A stretch of DNA of 46,790 nt, taken from the NCBI GenBank assembly GCA_902505605.1, contig CABWKN010000035.1, positions 1 through 46,790 on the forward strand, in the 5' to 3' direction. Under the pieces are notes generated by a model. The model had not been told where the DNA came from. It saw only the letters and a list, made by a program, of their open reading frames with translations, and ran no database searches. Shown piece after piece: positions 10,488-19,866 of the stretch (its first letter is position 1; each line of letters opens with the position of its first letter). The position numbers were made by a program, and so were the translations under genes. The stretch is from Candidatus Guanabacterium sedimentis. GTDB taxonomy: Bacteria; Acidobacteriota; B3-B38; Guanabaribacteriales; B3-B38.

Positions 10488-11123
10488 TCATTCTCCAATA
10501 AATTTCCAATTCTTGACTAACATAACCAAAGCGTATATCCCTGTCCAGAAAAGAACACAGTCTTCATATAGGTTTAATGCTCCTACGCATTTACCAAAGG
10601 CAGGAAGTGCCCATATTAAAAGTAATATATAGATTTTTCTATCAACCTTCGGTATCGCTGCTGCAAGCAACGCAAGGGCGAATACTGTTGTGGGGCAAGG
10701 CATTACCCCAAATATACAGGATTCTGGATAGAAATGACCAATAACAAATCCAATTAACGGATATAAGAAAGCGCAAAGAACCAGAAAGATAGTTAAATAT
10801 TTTTGCCATCTCGTTTCGGGAAGGCTAAACTGGCTTTTATTTGCCAGTATATCCCAGGCAAAAAAAATTGCTGCAAGGATAAATAAAGGAGCTCCTAAAA
10901 ATACACCGGGGAGTTTCCTACCGAAAATTAAGAAAAAGATTACCCCATTCCAGGCAAAAGTAAATGATAAATAAGCCTTCATTATTTTATTTATCCTGGC
11001 ATATGGTCTTGCAAATAAAAGATAAGTCAATACAACGGCTACAGCTATGGTTATTATCTGCATCGGGAAGATGGCATTGTTATAGACTCCAATCTGGCTC
11101 CACCAGCTTTCTGCGCTCATCAT
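10488..11123 (-). CDS. Integral membrane protein, DUF6064-like
   Basis: About 7 hydrophobic segments; YNNAIFPMQ and FGVMPCPTTVF motifs; GAGGTGA SD. Confidence 0.7.
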   Translation of the reverse strand: MMSAESWWSQIGVYNNAIFPMQIITIAVAVVLTYLLFARPYARINKIMKAYLSFTFAWNGVIFFLIFGRKLPGVFLGAPLFILAAIFFAWDILANKSQFSLPETRWQKYLTIFLVLCAFLYPLIGFVIGHFYPESCIFGVMPCPTTVFALALLAAAIPKVDRKIYILLLIWALPAFGKCVGALNLYEDCVLFWTGIYALVMLVKNWKFIGE

Positions 11124-11202
11124 GTATCACCTCATCTAAAGTGATACTTCTTTCGCAAAGCACCTGTTAACTCTGGTTGTGTATGATGGGATACTCTCCA
11201 CT

Positions 11203-11790
11203 TCACTGACCATGTTGTTTCTCTATCAACTCACGAATAGCGGTAATTTCTTTCAAGATACGACCCATAGTGTCTGACTCGCCGATTTCCATGACCTCAC
11301 CCTTCACTCCTTCAGGCCTGCTAATTATATAACCCTTAATCCCTTCCATAATAGCATCCTTCAATCCGCTGAGGTCCCTGACTCCCATCATTTTAAGTTC
11401 CGCTTTACCGCCTTCGGGGCCAGCAGCACCGGCGGTTTGGACATGTATCGTCCCAATGTTGAACATCCTTTGAACCGGTCCCTGTATAACATCTACATTG
11501 GTAATTTTAGGATAGGGAATGGTAACCTGCTTTCTCCAGAACACACCCTTTTTCATTCTCACAGAATCCCGGTTGATCGCGTATTCCAGAGAGCGGTAGA
11601 AGGCTGAGATCCAGAGAAGTTCGCATGCCATAACTATTACCCATCCGGCGGTGCAAATTCCGAAAATAAGCTTGTCAATGGTAAAGAGCAGAACTACACA
11701 CAGCGCAAGAATAGGGATGAAAAGAACCATCCATATAATAAGCCAAATAGTTTTCTGCTCTTTTTCCGGTCTGGCAAGTATAGCGTTCAT
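11203..11790 (-). CDS. Membrane protein with bacterial PH (bPH_2/YdbS-like) domain
   Basis: Two TM helices, then KGVFWRK..IPYPKITNVDVIQGPVQRMFNIGTIHVQTAG. Confidence 0.85.
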   Translation of the reverse strand: MNAILARPEKEQKTIWLIIWMVLFIPILALCVVLLFTIDKLIFGICTAGWVIVMACELLWISAFYRSLEYAINRDSVRMKKGVFWRKQVTIPYPKITNVDVIQGPVQRMFNIGTIHVQTAGAAGPEGGKAELKMMGVRDLSGLKDAIMEGIKGYIISRPEGVKGEVMEIGESDTMGRILKEITAIRELIEKQHGQ

Positions 11791-11936
11791 TTTAACTCCT
11801 TTCGGACAGGGCTTTAACTGATAAATGGTACAATATCATTGATCATTTTGCAGTGCTGTGGCGACTTTTTGTCACGCTTACCTGCTTCTCTTAAGCCTTA
11901 AATATTCCGGTTATCAAAAGCATCTTAACTGGCTGG

Positions 11937-13157
11937 TCAGGTGATTTTTTTAGTTTCTGCAGGAAATTTCTTATATTCCCCTGAGGTTAAGATTGCATCA
12001 ATCGCGCTGAATAAGATATCTATTTCCTCGTCCCTGGTGTAGAAGTGAGGTCCGACCCTGATGACATCGGGCTCTTGATTCCCTCCTTTTCGGAAGTCAA
12101 CTTTAATTCCTTTTTTCTCTAATGCTTGCTTGACAGGAAAAGCGTGCAGAAAGCCGAGGGAGATAGCTCCTCCCCTTAATTCATTGTCCTCCAGCGTGAA
12201 GAGGCTGAATCCTCTTTCTTTGGCTTTGTTAATAATAAGCTCAGTCTGATGAAGGGATTTTTGTCGTATCTGAGAAATTCCTATCTTATTGATAATATCC
12301 AGCCCAGCCAGCGCGGTATACAGACAGGGAACAGGCGGAGTCCCTGACATGAACCTATAGGAGCTCTGTGCATATTCCATCCTCTGGCCAAAGAGAAAGG
12401 GATGCCTATGGGCAAACCATCCTGTTAATTGAGGTTCAAGGCTGGAAGCCAGTTCTGGCCGAACATATAAAAAAGCATTCCCGGGACCACCGCAGAGCCA
12501 CTTCAAACAGCCGCCAATGTAAAAATCGACATCAAGCCTTCTCACATCCACCGGAAGGGTGCCCGGTGCGTGATAGCCGTCAATGAGAGTCAATGCTCCC
12601 ACCTGGCGTGCTCGGGCAGCAATTTGGGAAATATCCTGAACATAAGCTGATTTGAAATAGACATGCGAAGTGGCAACAAAAAGGGTCTTCTCATCTGTCC
12701 TTTTTACAATATCATTCACATCAATGCCCGGCTGCCCGTGACTTTTGATTACCTCAAGCTCCCATCCCATACATTGTGCAATTTGATGAACAGCATAAAG
12801 TATAGAGGGAAAATCGTGGTCGGTCATGATAATCTTGTTTCTTTTGTTGGCATTGAGCGAAAACATGGTTGATAGTACCACCCAATGGCTGACCGTGGCG
12901 TTGGTCATCATAGTCACTTCATCATCACCAGCGCCGATAAGAGAAGCCACCTGATTACCGACCCTGCCAGAAAGTTCCCACCATTCTCTCTCCCAGGCAC
13001 CCACACCTTCTTCTGCCCACAACTGGTAATATCTTTTAAGTCCTTCCAGAGCCTGCCTGGGAACAGCGCCTAAAGAATTGCTAATGAGATAGACACTCCG
13101 GGCTAAGATTGGAAATTCATTCCGTATTAAATCTAAATCCCGGTTTAAGTCCCACAT
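11937..13157 (-). CDS. kynU: Kynureninase-like PLP-dependent class V aminotransferase
   Basis: YLISNSLG, DFPS, DGYH, PLP-lysine GGCLKWLCGGPG, GWFAH, GTPP. Confidence 0.7.
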   Translation of the reverse strand: MWDLNRDLDLIRNEFPILARSVYLISNSLGAVPRQALEGLKRYYQLWAEEGVGAWEREWWELSGRVGNQVASLIGAGDDEVTMMTNATVSHWVVLSTMFSLNANKRNKIIMTDHDFPSILYAVHQIAQCMGWELEVIKSHGQPGIDVNDIVKRTDEKTLFVATSHVYFKSAYVQDISQIAARARQVGALTLIDGYHAPGTLPVDVRRLDVDFYIGGCLKWLCGGPGNAFLYVRPELASSLEPQLTGWFAHRHPFLFGQRMEYAQSSYRFMSGTPPVPCLYTALAGLDIINKIGISQIRQKSLHQTELIINKAKERGFSLFTLEDNELRGGAISLGFLHAFPVKQALEKKGIKVDFRKGGNQEPDVIRVGPHFYTRDEEIDILFSAIDAILTSGEYKKFPAETKKIT

Positions 13158-13524
13158 TGCTTATGTCCAAAAGTAACCTTGAGCAGTTAATAATCAGAAA
13201 ATATAGGGGAATTTATCGTCAGTAAACAATAAGTTTATCCATTTGGTATTGATACCCATTCTCATCTCCGACAGTTTTACACTATATCACGGGAATAGTG
13301 GTATATCAAGTAAGCATTGTTGCATACAAGGGGTAGTGAATTAATTTCGCCACAATTAGAGAGAATTGATTATGCCGATATGCATTAATCACTTTTTAAG
13401 GAACACTCTAATTTTCAAAGAGGCTTTTCAAGATGTTTTCTCGCCCACAATTTAGATTGCGGACATCTATACCGCTATCAGTAATACTTTCTGGGAAAAA
13501 AATATCACCTGCTGCGTTTTTTGG

Positions 13525-13553
13525 TTCTCAAAGGTGATTTATCTTGCTATAAT
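13525..13553 (+). promoter_or_regulatory. Putative sigma70 promoter (extended -10)
   Basis: TTCTCA-N17-TATAAT with TGn extension (TGCTATAAT); AAGGAG SD before ATG 13575. Confidence 0.5.
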
Positions 13554-13574
13554 GTATTTTCAGCAAGGAGTTAA

Positions 13575-14924
13575 ATGGTAAAAAAGAGACGAACGAGGAT
13601 GATCATCTTATTGGCTTTCTTACTCCTCATCGCCATTGGAGTGGTATGGTTCCTGAGATGGACCAACCCCGACTTTGCCTCCAGCCTGAAAAGTGTCCAG
13701 CGCAACCAAGTTACCAAAAAGCTTATCATCTGTGTTGATGGGGTCCCCTGGAGAACTATAGACCAGTTGCGTCAAAAGAAGCATTTCAAAGCCTTCCACC
13801 GACCGAGCAAGGTGATAGTCTCCTTCCCCACTATGACCAATGTCACTTCCACCGTTATATGGAACGCCAGCAAGGTCGCCGGTTATGAGAGCGCCTACTT
13901 CGACAAGGATAAGAACCTTATGGTCGGCGGAGTCAGCAAGTATCTCCACAAAAGGGTTATCAAACCGGGAGACTTTCATCAACACTTCGACTATCTCGAG
14001 CCAGTCCCCTATGAATTCCTCATCTATGTGCTGCCCAGAAGAATCTGTAAATCCGATTTAAAGCGATTCTTAGAAGCTTACAGCAGCTCAGAAAAGGATA
14101 AATTCTGCACCTTTATAAAATCGACCGACGGCTTAATGCATATATTGGGCAAAGAGGGAGCGGAAGAAATTCTTCTCGCTCTGGATGACATCCTGCAGAA
14201 GATTTACTATTCCCGCAAGGGTGATATTGAAATAATGCTCTTCTCAGACCACGGCTTCAACTTTGGCAAAAGCCAAAGGGTGAAATTGAAGTCATTCCTT
14301 AAATCCAGCGGTTTCACTGTGAGAAATGACCTTCGGGATGAGAATAGTGTTATCCTTCTGAGCTTTGGGTTGGTTAGCTTTGCCGCCATTTACACAGGAG
14401 AGAATAACAAGAGAAAGATAGCCCAGCAGGTACCTGTTCTGGAAGGAGTAGATTTCTCCGCTTATCGTATGAACAATATTATTTATATCTTCGGCCAGGA
14501 AGGTGAGGCGAAAATACTCAAGAAAACGGTTAATAATACCGAGCTGTATAAATATGAGATAATTAGCGGGGACCCCTTGTCATACAAGGACATCTTAGAG
14601 AAGCTGACACACCTCGGAAAGGCTGATGGCGAGGGATATATTCCCGACTCCGATTGGTTTGAAGCAACCAAAGACCACCCCTATGTCGATGCCCTTAAAC
14701 GCTTGTACCAGGCTTTCAGCGGTCAGGTGGAATCCGATGCTGACATCCTCATCTCCCTGAAGGATGGCTACTTTCACGGAAATGCCCTATTCTCCCGCAT
14801 AGCTACCATCTTGGGAACCCACGGCAGCCTGCTGGATACGAATAGTGTGGGGTTCTTTATGAGCACCGCCCAAGATGTTCCCTCCCATATCAGGGATAAT
14901 CAGCTTACTGATTATCTTAGGTAA
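13575..14924 (+). CDS. Membrane-anchored alkaline-phosphatase-superfamily enzyme (nucleotide pyrophosphatase/phosphodiesterase type)
   Basis: N-terminal TM anchor; VDGV, FPTMT (Thr nucleophile), DGLMH, SDHG, THG. Confidence 0.8.
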   Translation: MVKKRRTRMIILLAFLLLIAIGVVWFLRWTNPDFASSLKSVQRNQVTKKLIICVDGVPWRTIDQLRQKKHFKAFHRPSKVIVSFPTMTNVTSTVIWNASKVAGYESAYFDKDKNLMVGGVSKYLHKRVIKPGDFHQHFDYLEPVPYEFLIYVLPRRICKSDLKRFLEAYSSSEKDKFCTFIKSTDGLMHILGKEGAEEILLALDDILQKIYYSRKGDIEIMLFSDHGFNFGKSQRVKLKSFLKSSGFTVRNDLRDENSVILLSFGLVSFAAIYTGENNKRKIAQQVPVLEGVDFSAYRMNNIIYIFGQEGEAKILKKTVNNTELYKYEIISGDPLSYKDILEKLTHLGKADGEGYIPDSDWFEATKDHPYVDALKRLYQAFSGQVESDADILISLKDGYFHGNALFSRIATILGTHGSLLDTNSVGFFMSTAQDVPSHIRDNQLTDYLR

Positions 14925-14930
14925 TACATA

Positions 14931-15164
14931 TTGACCAAAAGAGCACCTACTCTGGGTTACAAAGCAGAGGCCAGAGAGAGGGTCAATCTGCTTATCCTCG
15001 GAGGGGATATGGTAGCTATCGATTCCTATTGCGGAAGAATAATGGAGCAATACTATGATACCTTTAAATTTAGGATAGTAGAGCCCTGCCTCTCTTATGC
15101 CGAAAGCCTCGGGCTGGGAACAGCGGACCTTAGTAAAGTGGAAATAATTGAACTGGAAACATGA
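14931..15164 (+). pseudogene. C-terminal remnant of a DUF362-family (Fe-S-associated) gene
   Basis: LLILGGDMVAIDSY...YAESLGLGTADLSKVEI resembles the DUF362 C-terminus; no N-terminal part and no SD. Confidence 0.55.
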
Positions 15165-15223
15165 TGAGCGGGCTATCTGAAGAATTGAGAAAACAAAATT
15201 GCAAAATTAAAGGAGCTCATATT

Positions 15224-15784
15224 ATGAGAAAGATTCAATTTGAAGTAATAACCCTTTTAGCAATGTTTCTTATTGTCCCGGCTGCTGTGCTTTGCGGAAT
15301 GCAGGAAAAGAAAGCAGAAAATCTTCCCATTGAGGTGAAGATAAAAACCACTACCCCGATGAGCATCGCCTATCTGGAACATAAGGGACCTTACTCGGAA
15401 CTGCAACCAGTCTTTAACGAAGTGATGAGCTACGCCTTTCAGAAAAAGCTGGAATTAGCGGGACCCCCGGCAGGAATTTACTACGACGACCCTGCTCAGG
15501 TGCCAGCCTCTGAATTACGCTGTGAGATCGGAGTCCAGATAAAGGGTGAGCCGCAGGTGGACCCCCCGTTCAGGGTAAAAGAGATACCCTCCCAGGAGGT
15601 AGGCTATGCATTGCTCAAGGGACCCTATGAGAAAATTGCCCTTCGCTATCCAGAAATCATCAGCTCCCTGATGGAACAAGGCTACAAGATAGTCGGTCCT
15701 ATTATAGAAATATACCGTGTCAGTGGACCAAACATACAGCCTGAGGAATATCTGACCGAGGTCTGGTTCCCCATAGGAAAATAG
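15224..15784 (+). CDS. Exported GyrI-like small-molecule-binding protein
   Basis: HKGPY, GIYYDDP, LKGPY, EIY, TEVWFPI motifs; N-terminal signal peptide; start moved to ATG 15224 behind AAGGAG. Confidence 0.85.
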   Translation: MRKIQFEVITLLAMFLIVPAAVLCGMQEKKAENLPIEVKIKTTTPMSIAYLEHKGPYSELQPVFNEVMSYAFQKKLELAGPPAGIYYDDPAQVPASELRCEIGVQIKGEPQVDPPFRVKEIPSQEVGYALLKGPYEKIALRYPEIISSLMEQGYKIVGPIIEIYRVSGPNIQPEEYLTEVWFPIGK

Positions 15785-15802
15785 AGCCTCCAATAGCGAG
15801 AA

Positions 15803-16012
15803 CTACTTTCTCCCGTACACGGAGATAAAGCGGCTCAGAGAGCGATCGTAGGTTCGCTCTACATCGTCGGGAAAAAGGCAGGCGGGAAGCTCTCTCATTT
15901 GCCAGTGATACTGAATACACTGACAGCAGAATCCCTTGCGGCTGCAAGGCTCATAAGTGCAATTGCACCTCTTGAGGTTGGCCTGAAAATTATCGCACTC
16001 TCGTTGTCCCAT
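15803..16012 (-). CDS. Small Cys-rich protein, DUF6485-like
   Basis: CNCTYEPCSRKGFCCQCIQYH...ELPACLF...TYDRS; AGGGAG SD. Confidence 0.75.
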   Translation of the reverse strand: MGQRECDNFQANLKRCNCTYEPCSRKGFCCQCIQYHWQMRELPACLFPDDVERTYDRSLSRFISVYGRK

Positions 16013-16133
16013 AATCGGCTCCCTGCTTACTAATGCGGTTTACCTTATAATAGAAAAAGAAAGGAGGCAATTCACCACCTTATAACCGTCTTCACCATTC
16101 ATTTTCCAACCTTCATATTATAAGGGTTAAATT

Positions 16134-16433
16134 GTGACAATGTCTACCAAGAAAACAGATTACCGCCCGGCAAGCACCTGTGAACGCTGCGGGAAATATC
16201 TCCATCCCGGAGGCCTGAAATATCGGGTGGATATAACCATCACCTCGGCGTTCAATGGCGTAATAGACGAGCACTACGAGGAAGGAGAAATGGAGAAACT
16301 GGCAGAAGAAATAAAGCGGATGGATCCCGAAGAACTGGAAAAAGAGGTCTACCAGGAGCTAACCATTACCCTGTGTAACCATTGTCGGAAGAAATTAATT
16401 AACTATCTCAGCGAAGGCGAAGAAATACATTAG
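16134..16433 (+). CDS. Hypothetical zinc-binding protein
   Basis: CERC and CNHC pairs flanking an acidic helical segment. Confidence 0.65.
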   Translation: MTMSTKKTDYRPASTCERCGKYLHPGGLKYRVDITITSAFNGVIDEHYEEGEMEKLAEEIKRMDPEELEKEVYQELTITLCNHCRKKLINYLSEGEEIH

Positions 16434-16867
16434 CCCAGTTTCTTCCTCACCCAGGTTTTATCCTGCTCCAGTATGTGGACTACATTCCATCCTTTCTCCT
16501 CAAGTGCCTGGGCTATAAAGCGGCGATGACACCTCCAGGGCAACCGCTCGGCACACAGCAGAGCGGCGGTAAATCTACTCGCCCATCGCATCACTTCCTC
16601 AACTCCCGTTTGAAAACCAGTGGTCTGCGTATAGCTGTGATACCCTCCCCGGCGATAACCCCCCAGCTGCTCACCCATATAAAGATACTCAATCCCTGAA
16701 GCTTTAAGGAAGTGGGATAGATTGTCTCTATTGAAATGCTCCAGCTTGCTCACGGGAAAGCGGCGGACATCTATCACCAGTTGGATTTTATACGCCTTTA
16801 TCAGCTCGAGAAACTCCTCCTCAGAGCGAAGGCTGCTTCCCAAAGTATAAATAATCTTATTAACCAA
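16430..16867 (-). CDS. DUF488 family protein
   Basis: IYTLG, IDVRRFPVS, LGGYR, LLCAERLPWRCHR; GAGGAG SD before TTG. Confidence 0.9.
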   Translation of the reverse strand: MVNKIIYTLGSSLRSEEEFLELIKAYKIQLVIDVRRFPVSKLEHFNRDNLSHFLKASGIEYLYMGEQLGGYRRGGYHSYTQTTGFQTGVEEVMRWASRFTAALLCAERLPWRCHRRFIAQALEEKGWNVVHILEQDKTWVRKKLG

Positions 16868-17033
16868 TATATAGGCTCCTCGACAATTTTTTAATCAGCG
16901 GGCATTATAAAATGAGAGAACCAAAGACACCATCCTTTCTTAGATAATGGCGGGCAAGGATTCCTGCATGCTGAAATAATAAATATTCTCGCCGGCGAAG
17001 TGTCGGGATTTCCGGTAACGGAAGGGGCGATAT

Positions 17034-18254
17034 TTACTCTAATTCAAAGAAGCTGAGCTGTTCCTCCTCATCAGATTTCAGCGGTATTATTTTATAGTCC
17101 TCTTCTGTTCGTTGATAACTCTTGATTTTCTCCACCAGCTCTGGGCTCCAGTTTCCCTCTTCAACCGCCTTGGCTAAAGCAGAAGTGCTGAGGTCGGAGA
17201 CCTCCATCCACTTACCCTCCTGCTTCAGCAAATCCTCCAGAGCTTTTCTCTCCTGTGCCATGTCTTTGCCAGGGAATTTTGCCCTCTGGTAAATTTTCAC
17301 CCGGAGTTTATTATTCTTTCCTCTGATTATCTCAATCCCCTCCCGCCTGGCGTAGGCGATGATAGCCTCTTTCAGCTTTTCCAGCTCAGCTTTAATCCTC
17401 CTCTTCTCAGCCACCAGTTCGGTGTAGAGGTTAACAAGCTGGTAGCCCTCTTCAGCGGAATACTTATCGGCGGGGAGGGCAATGAGATGGGCGAGGTGCT
17501 TCATCAAGGGGCAGAGGTCGGGGTAATGACACCAGTAGCACAATGGGCTCTCCACAGGGGGGAAGTCATCTAAAGCTTCAATCCTGCGGATCTGCTCCAA
17601 TGTTTGATCTTTGAGCTTGGCAAGCTGAGCGGGTGAGCGGGTGGAACGAAGCTCCCGGTCGAATGCCAGGTAATGCCACACCAGGGCGAAATGGCGGGCA
17701 TCCGGTAGCATCTCTGTCAGGGCGAGCTGGTAAAGACCGAGTTGCTGGTCGGAATCAACCTCCTGCTGGTGAGGAAGCTTGGAGGAGGTTTTGTAATCAT
17801 GAATCTCGTAGATACCTTCTGAGGTCTGCGCCAGGCGGTCGATGTAGCCAATGAATTGATAGTCACCGGTCTCATCCAGGCAAAATCTTAATTCCTTCTC
17901 CAATCCAATAGTTAAAGAATCCTCAAACGGGGAATGGCGCTCATAATAGTTCTTGATGCACCTTCTACCCATCTCCTTGTAATGTTCTACCGTGTATTCC
18001 TTTTTGACAATGCGTACCAGAGGATGCCATTTTCGGCTCCATTGCTCTTCGTAAAACTCAATTAAGTCGGACAAGGAGTTCCGCTTGGTAAACATAAGGT
18101 CTTTGTAAAGCTTGCGCAAAGTATCATGAACCTGGCTCCCCATAAAAGCCTCAATGTTCTCCGTCTCCCTTTTAATTCTATCAATATAGTGGAGTTTGTA
18201 TTGCAGAGGGCAGTTATCAAAGGTGGACAATTTTGAATAGGAGTAAACAGGCAT
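17034..18254 (-). CDS. PD-(D/E)XK nuclease, RecB/AddB/Cas4-like, with C-terminal extension
   Basis: YSYSKLSTFDNCP, GYIDRL, HDYKT, QLGLY, CYWCHYPDLC; start moved to ATG 18254 behind GGGAGG. Confidence 0.88.
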   Translation of the reverse strand: MPVYSYSKLSTFDNCPLQYKLHYIDRIKRETENIEAFMGSQVHDTLRKLYKDLMFTKRNSLSDLIEFYEEQWSRKWHPLVRIVKKEYTVEHYKEMGRRCIKNYYERHSPFEDSLTIGLEKELRFCLDETGDYQFIGYIDRLAQTSEGIYEIHDYKTSSKLPHQQEVDSDQQLGLYQLALTEMLPDARHFALVWHYLAFDRELRSTRSPAQLAKLKDQTLEQIRRIEALDDFPPVESPLCYWCHYPDLCPLMKHLAHLIALPADKYSAEEGYQLVNLYTELVAEKRRIKAELEKLKEAIIAYARREGIEIIRGKNNKLRVKIYQRAKFPGKDMAQERKALEDLLKQEGKWMEVSDLSTSALAKAVEEGNWSPELVEKIKSYQRTEEDYKIIPLKSDEEEQLSFFELE

Positions 18255-18397
18255 AAGGAGAACCTCCCTTTTCGTCATTATATTAGCATACAACCATAGC
18301 CATTGCAAAAATTTTTACCCCCGACAATTTCTTCCTTCTAAAAAGCATCCCTTAATGGTATACTCATAAACGATTTTGTTGAGAGGAGGTAAGGGGT

Positions 18398-19795
18398 ATG
18401 GAGGCACAAGAGATAAAGAAGGCATCTTTAACGTTTCATGGTGGGCTGGGAGGAGCAGTGTTTCCGTTCCTTATTGTAGTAGGGGGAGCTATCTACCTGG
18501 GGGTTGCCCGGGTTCCCGACATCTATGGCTACTGGCCGACCGTTGCTTTCGCTCTAGTGGCGGGGATGCTCTTGGCTAAGAACCGATATCGCTATACCGA
18601 AGTCCTCATCGAGGGGATGTCTCAGCCGATAGTCATGATAATGGTGGGCGCCTGGCTCTTCGCCTCTGTGATTGGCAATCTTATGTATGAGACCGGGCTG
18701 GTGGAGGCTCTCATCTGGATATGCTTAAAGATAGGGCTTACAGGAGGGCTTTTCACAGGAGCCACCTTCATTATAGCATGCCTGGTAGGCACCTCCACCG
18801 GAACCAGTGTGGGCACCATCATAACCTGCACCCCCATATTATACCCGGCAGGCTACCTGCTGGGAGCTCATCCAGTGGCTCTTATGGGGGCCATCCTCGG
18901 TGGAGGAGCTTTTGGGGACAACCTCTCACCCATCTCCGATACCACCATCGCCTCCGCTTTCACCCAGCGGACCGATATAGGAGGAGTGGTCAAAAGCAGG
19001 CTGAAATACGCCTTTCCTGCCGGAGGTATCGCTCTCATCTTCTATATACTATTCGGAAAAGGCAGCACTGCCATCCAGGAGGTAGATGCCATTGCTCAAA
19101 CTGCCAGCCCCCGGGGATTGCCCATGCTTCTGGTGCCTGTGTTAATTGTCATCCTTTGCCTTAAGGGACGCCATCTGCTGGAAGCCCTTTTCTGGGGAAT
19201 GCTTATCGGCTGCCTGACCGGATTACTCTTCAAACTGATAACCTTCAAAGACCTCTTCCGCCTGGAGAGAGCGTCGGGAAATGCCCAGGGGATAATTCTC
19301 GAAGGGATGAAAGGAGGGGTGGGTATATCTATTTTTACCATTCTCCTCATCGGACTGGTATATTCCCTGCAGGCGGCAGGGGTAATAGGCAGACTCATCT
19401 CCTGGGCGGAGAGGGTAATCGTGTCTGCCCGACAGGCTGAGTTTATAATGATGCTAAGCACATTCTTCACCAACCTCATTATGATCCAGAATACAGTCAC
19501 CATAGTCTCTGTGGGAGAGTTTGCCCGCCAGACAGGCGAACGGTTCCAGATTCACCCCAATCGCCGGGCTAACATATTGGATGTCGCCGCCAATGTCTTC
19601 CAGCATATTGTCCCCTATATGGTGACCGTGCTCATCGCCTCGGCATACAGCCAATATGGAGAGAAATATGGAGCGGCGAAGCTGACCCCTATCGCCATCG
19701 GGCTCCATAACTACCATAGCTGGATGCTCCTGGCGGTGCTGACCTTTGCCGTATTAAGTGGCTACGGACAAAGGTTTTTAAAGGACGACCGTTAA
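18398..19795 (+). CDS. Na+/H+ antiporter NhaC-family transporter (possibly amino-acid transporting)
   Basis: Polytopic membrane protein; GTSVGT and FGDNLSPISDTTI signatures. Confidence 0.88.
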   Translation: MEAQEIKKASLTFHGGLGGAVFPFLIVVGGAIYLGVARVPDIYGYWPTVAFALVAGMLLAKNRYRYTEVLIEGMSQPIVMIMVGAWLFASVIGNLMYETGLVEALIWICLKIGLTGGLFTGATFIIACLVGTSTGTSVGTIITCTPILYPAGYLLGAHPVALMGAILGGGAFGDNLSPISDTTIASAFTQRTDIGGVVKSRLKYAFPAGGIALIFYILFGKGSTAIQEVDAIAQTASPRGLPMLLVPVLIVILCLKGRHLLEALFWGMLIGCLTGLLFKLITFKDLFRLERASGNAQGIILEGMKGGVGISIFTILLIGLVYSLQAAGVIGRLISWAERVIVSARQAEFIMMLSTFFTNLIMIQNTVTIVSVGEFARQTGERFQIHPNRRANILDVAANVFQHIVPYMVTVLIASAYSQYGEKYGAAKLTPIAIGLHNYHSWMLLAVLTFAVLSGYGQRFLKDDR

Positions 19796-19836
19796 AGGAA
19801 AGATAAACTCTGTCTTCCAGGTTAGAGAATTTCTTA

Positions 19837-19866
19837 TTGACATCAGAGGAATTACTATATTAATAT
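19837..19866 (+). promoter_or_regulatory. Putative sigma70 promoter of the Tat-peptide/tldD/tldE operon
   Basis: Consensus TTGACA (19837-19842), 18-nt spacer, TAATAT (19861-19866). Confidence 0.55.

Noticed and set aside
17034-18254. CRISPR-Cas locus suggested by the Cas4-like nuclease
   Set aside because: No repeat-spacer array or other cas genes were seen in the window
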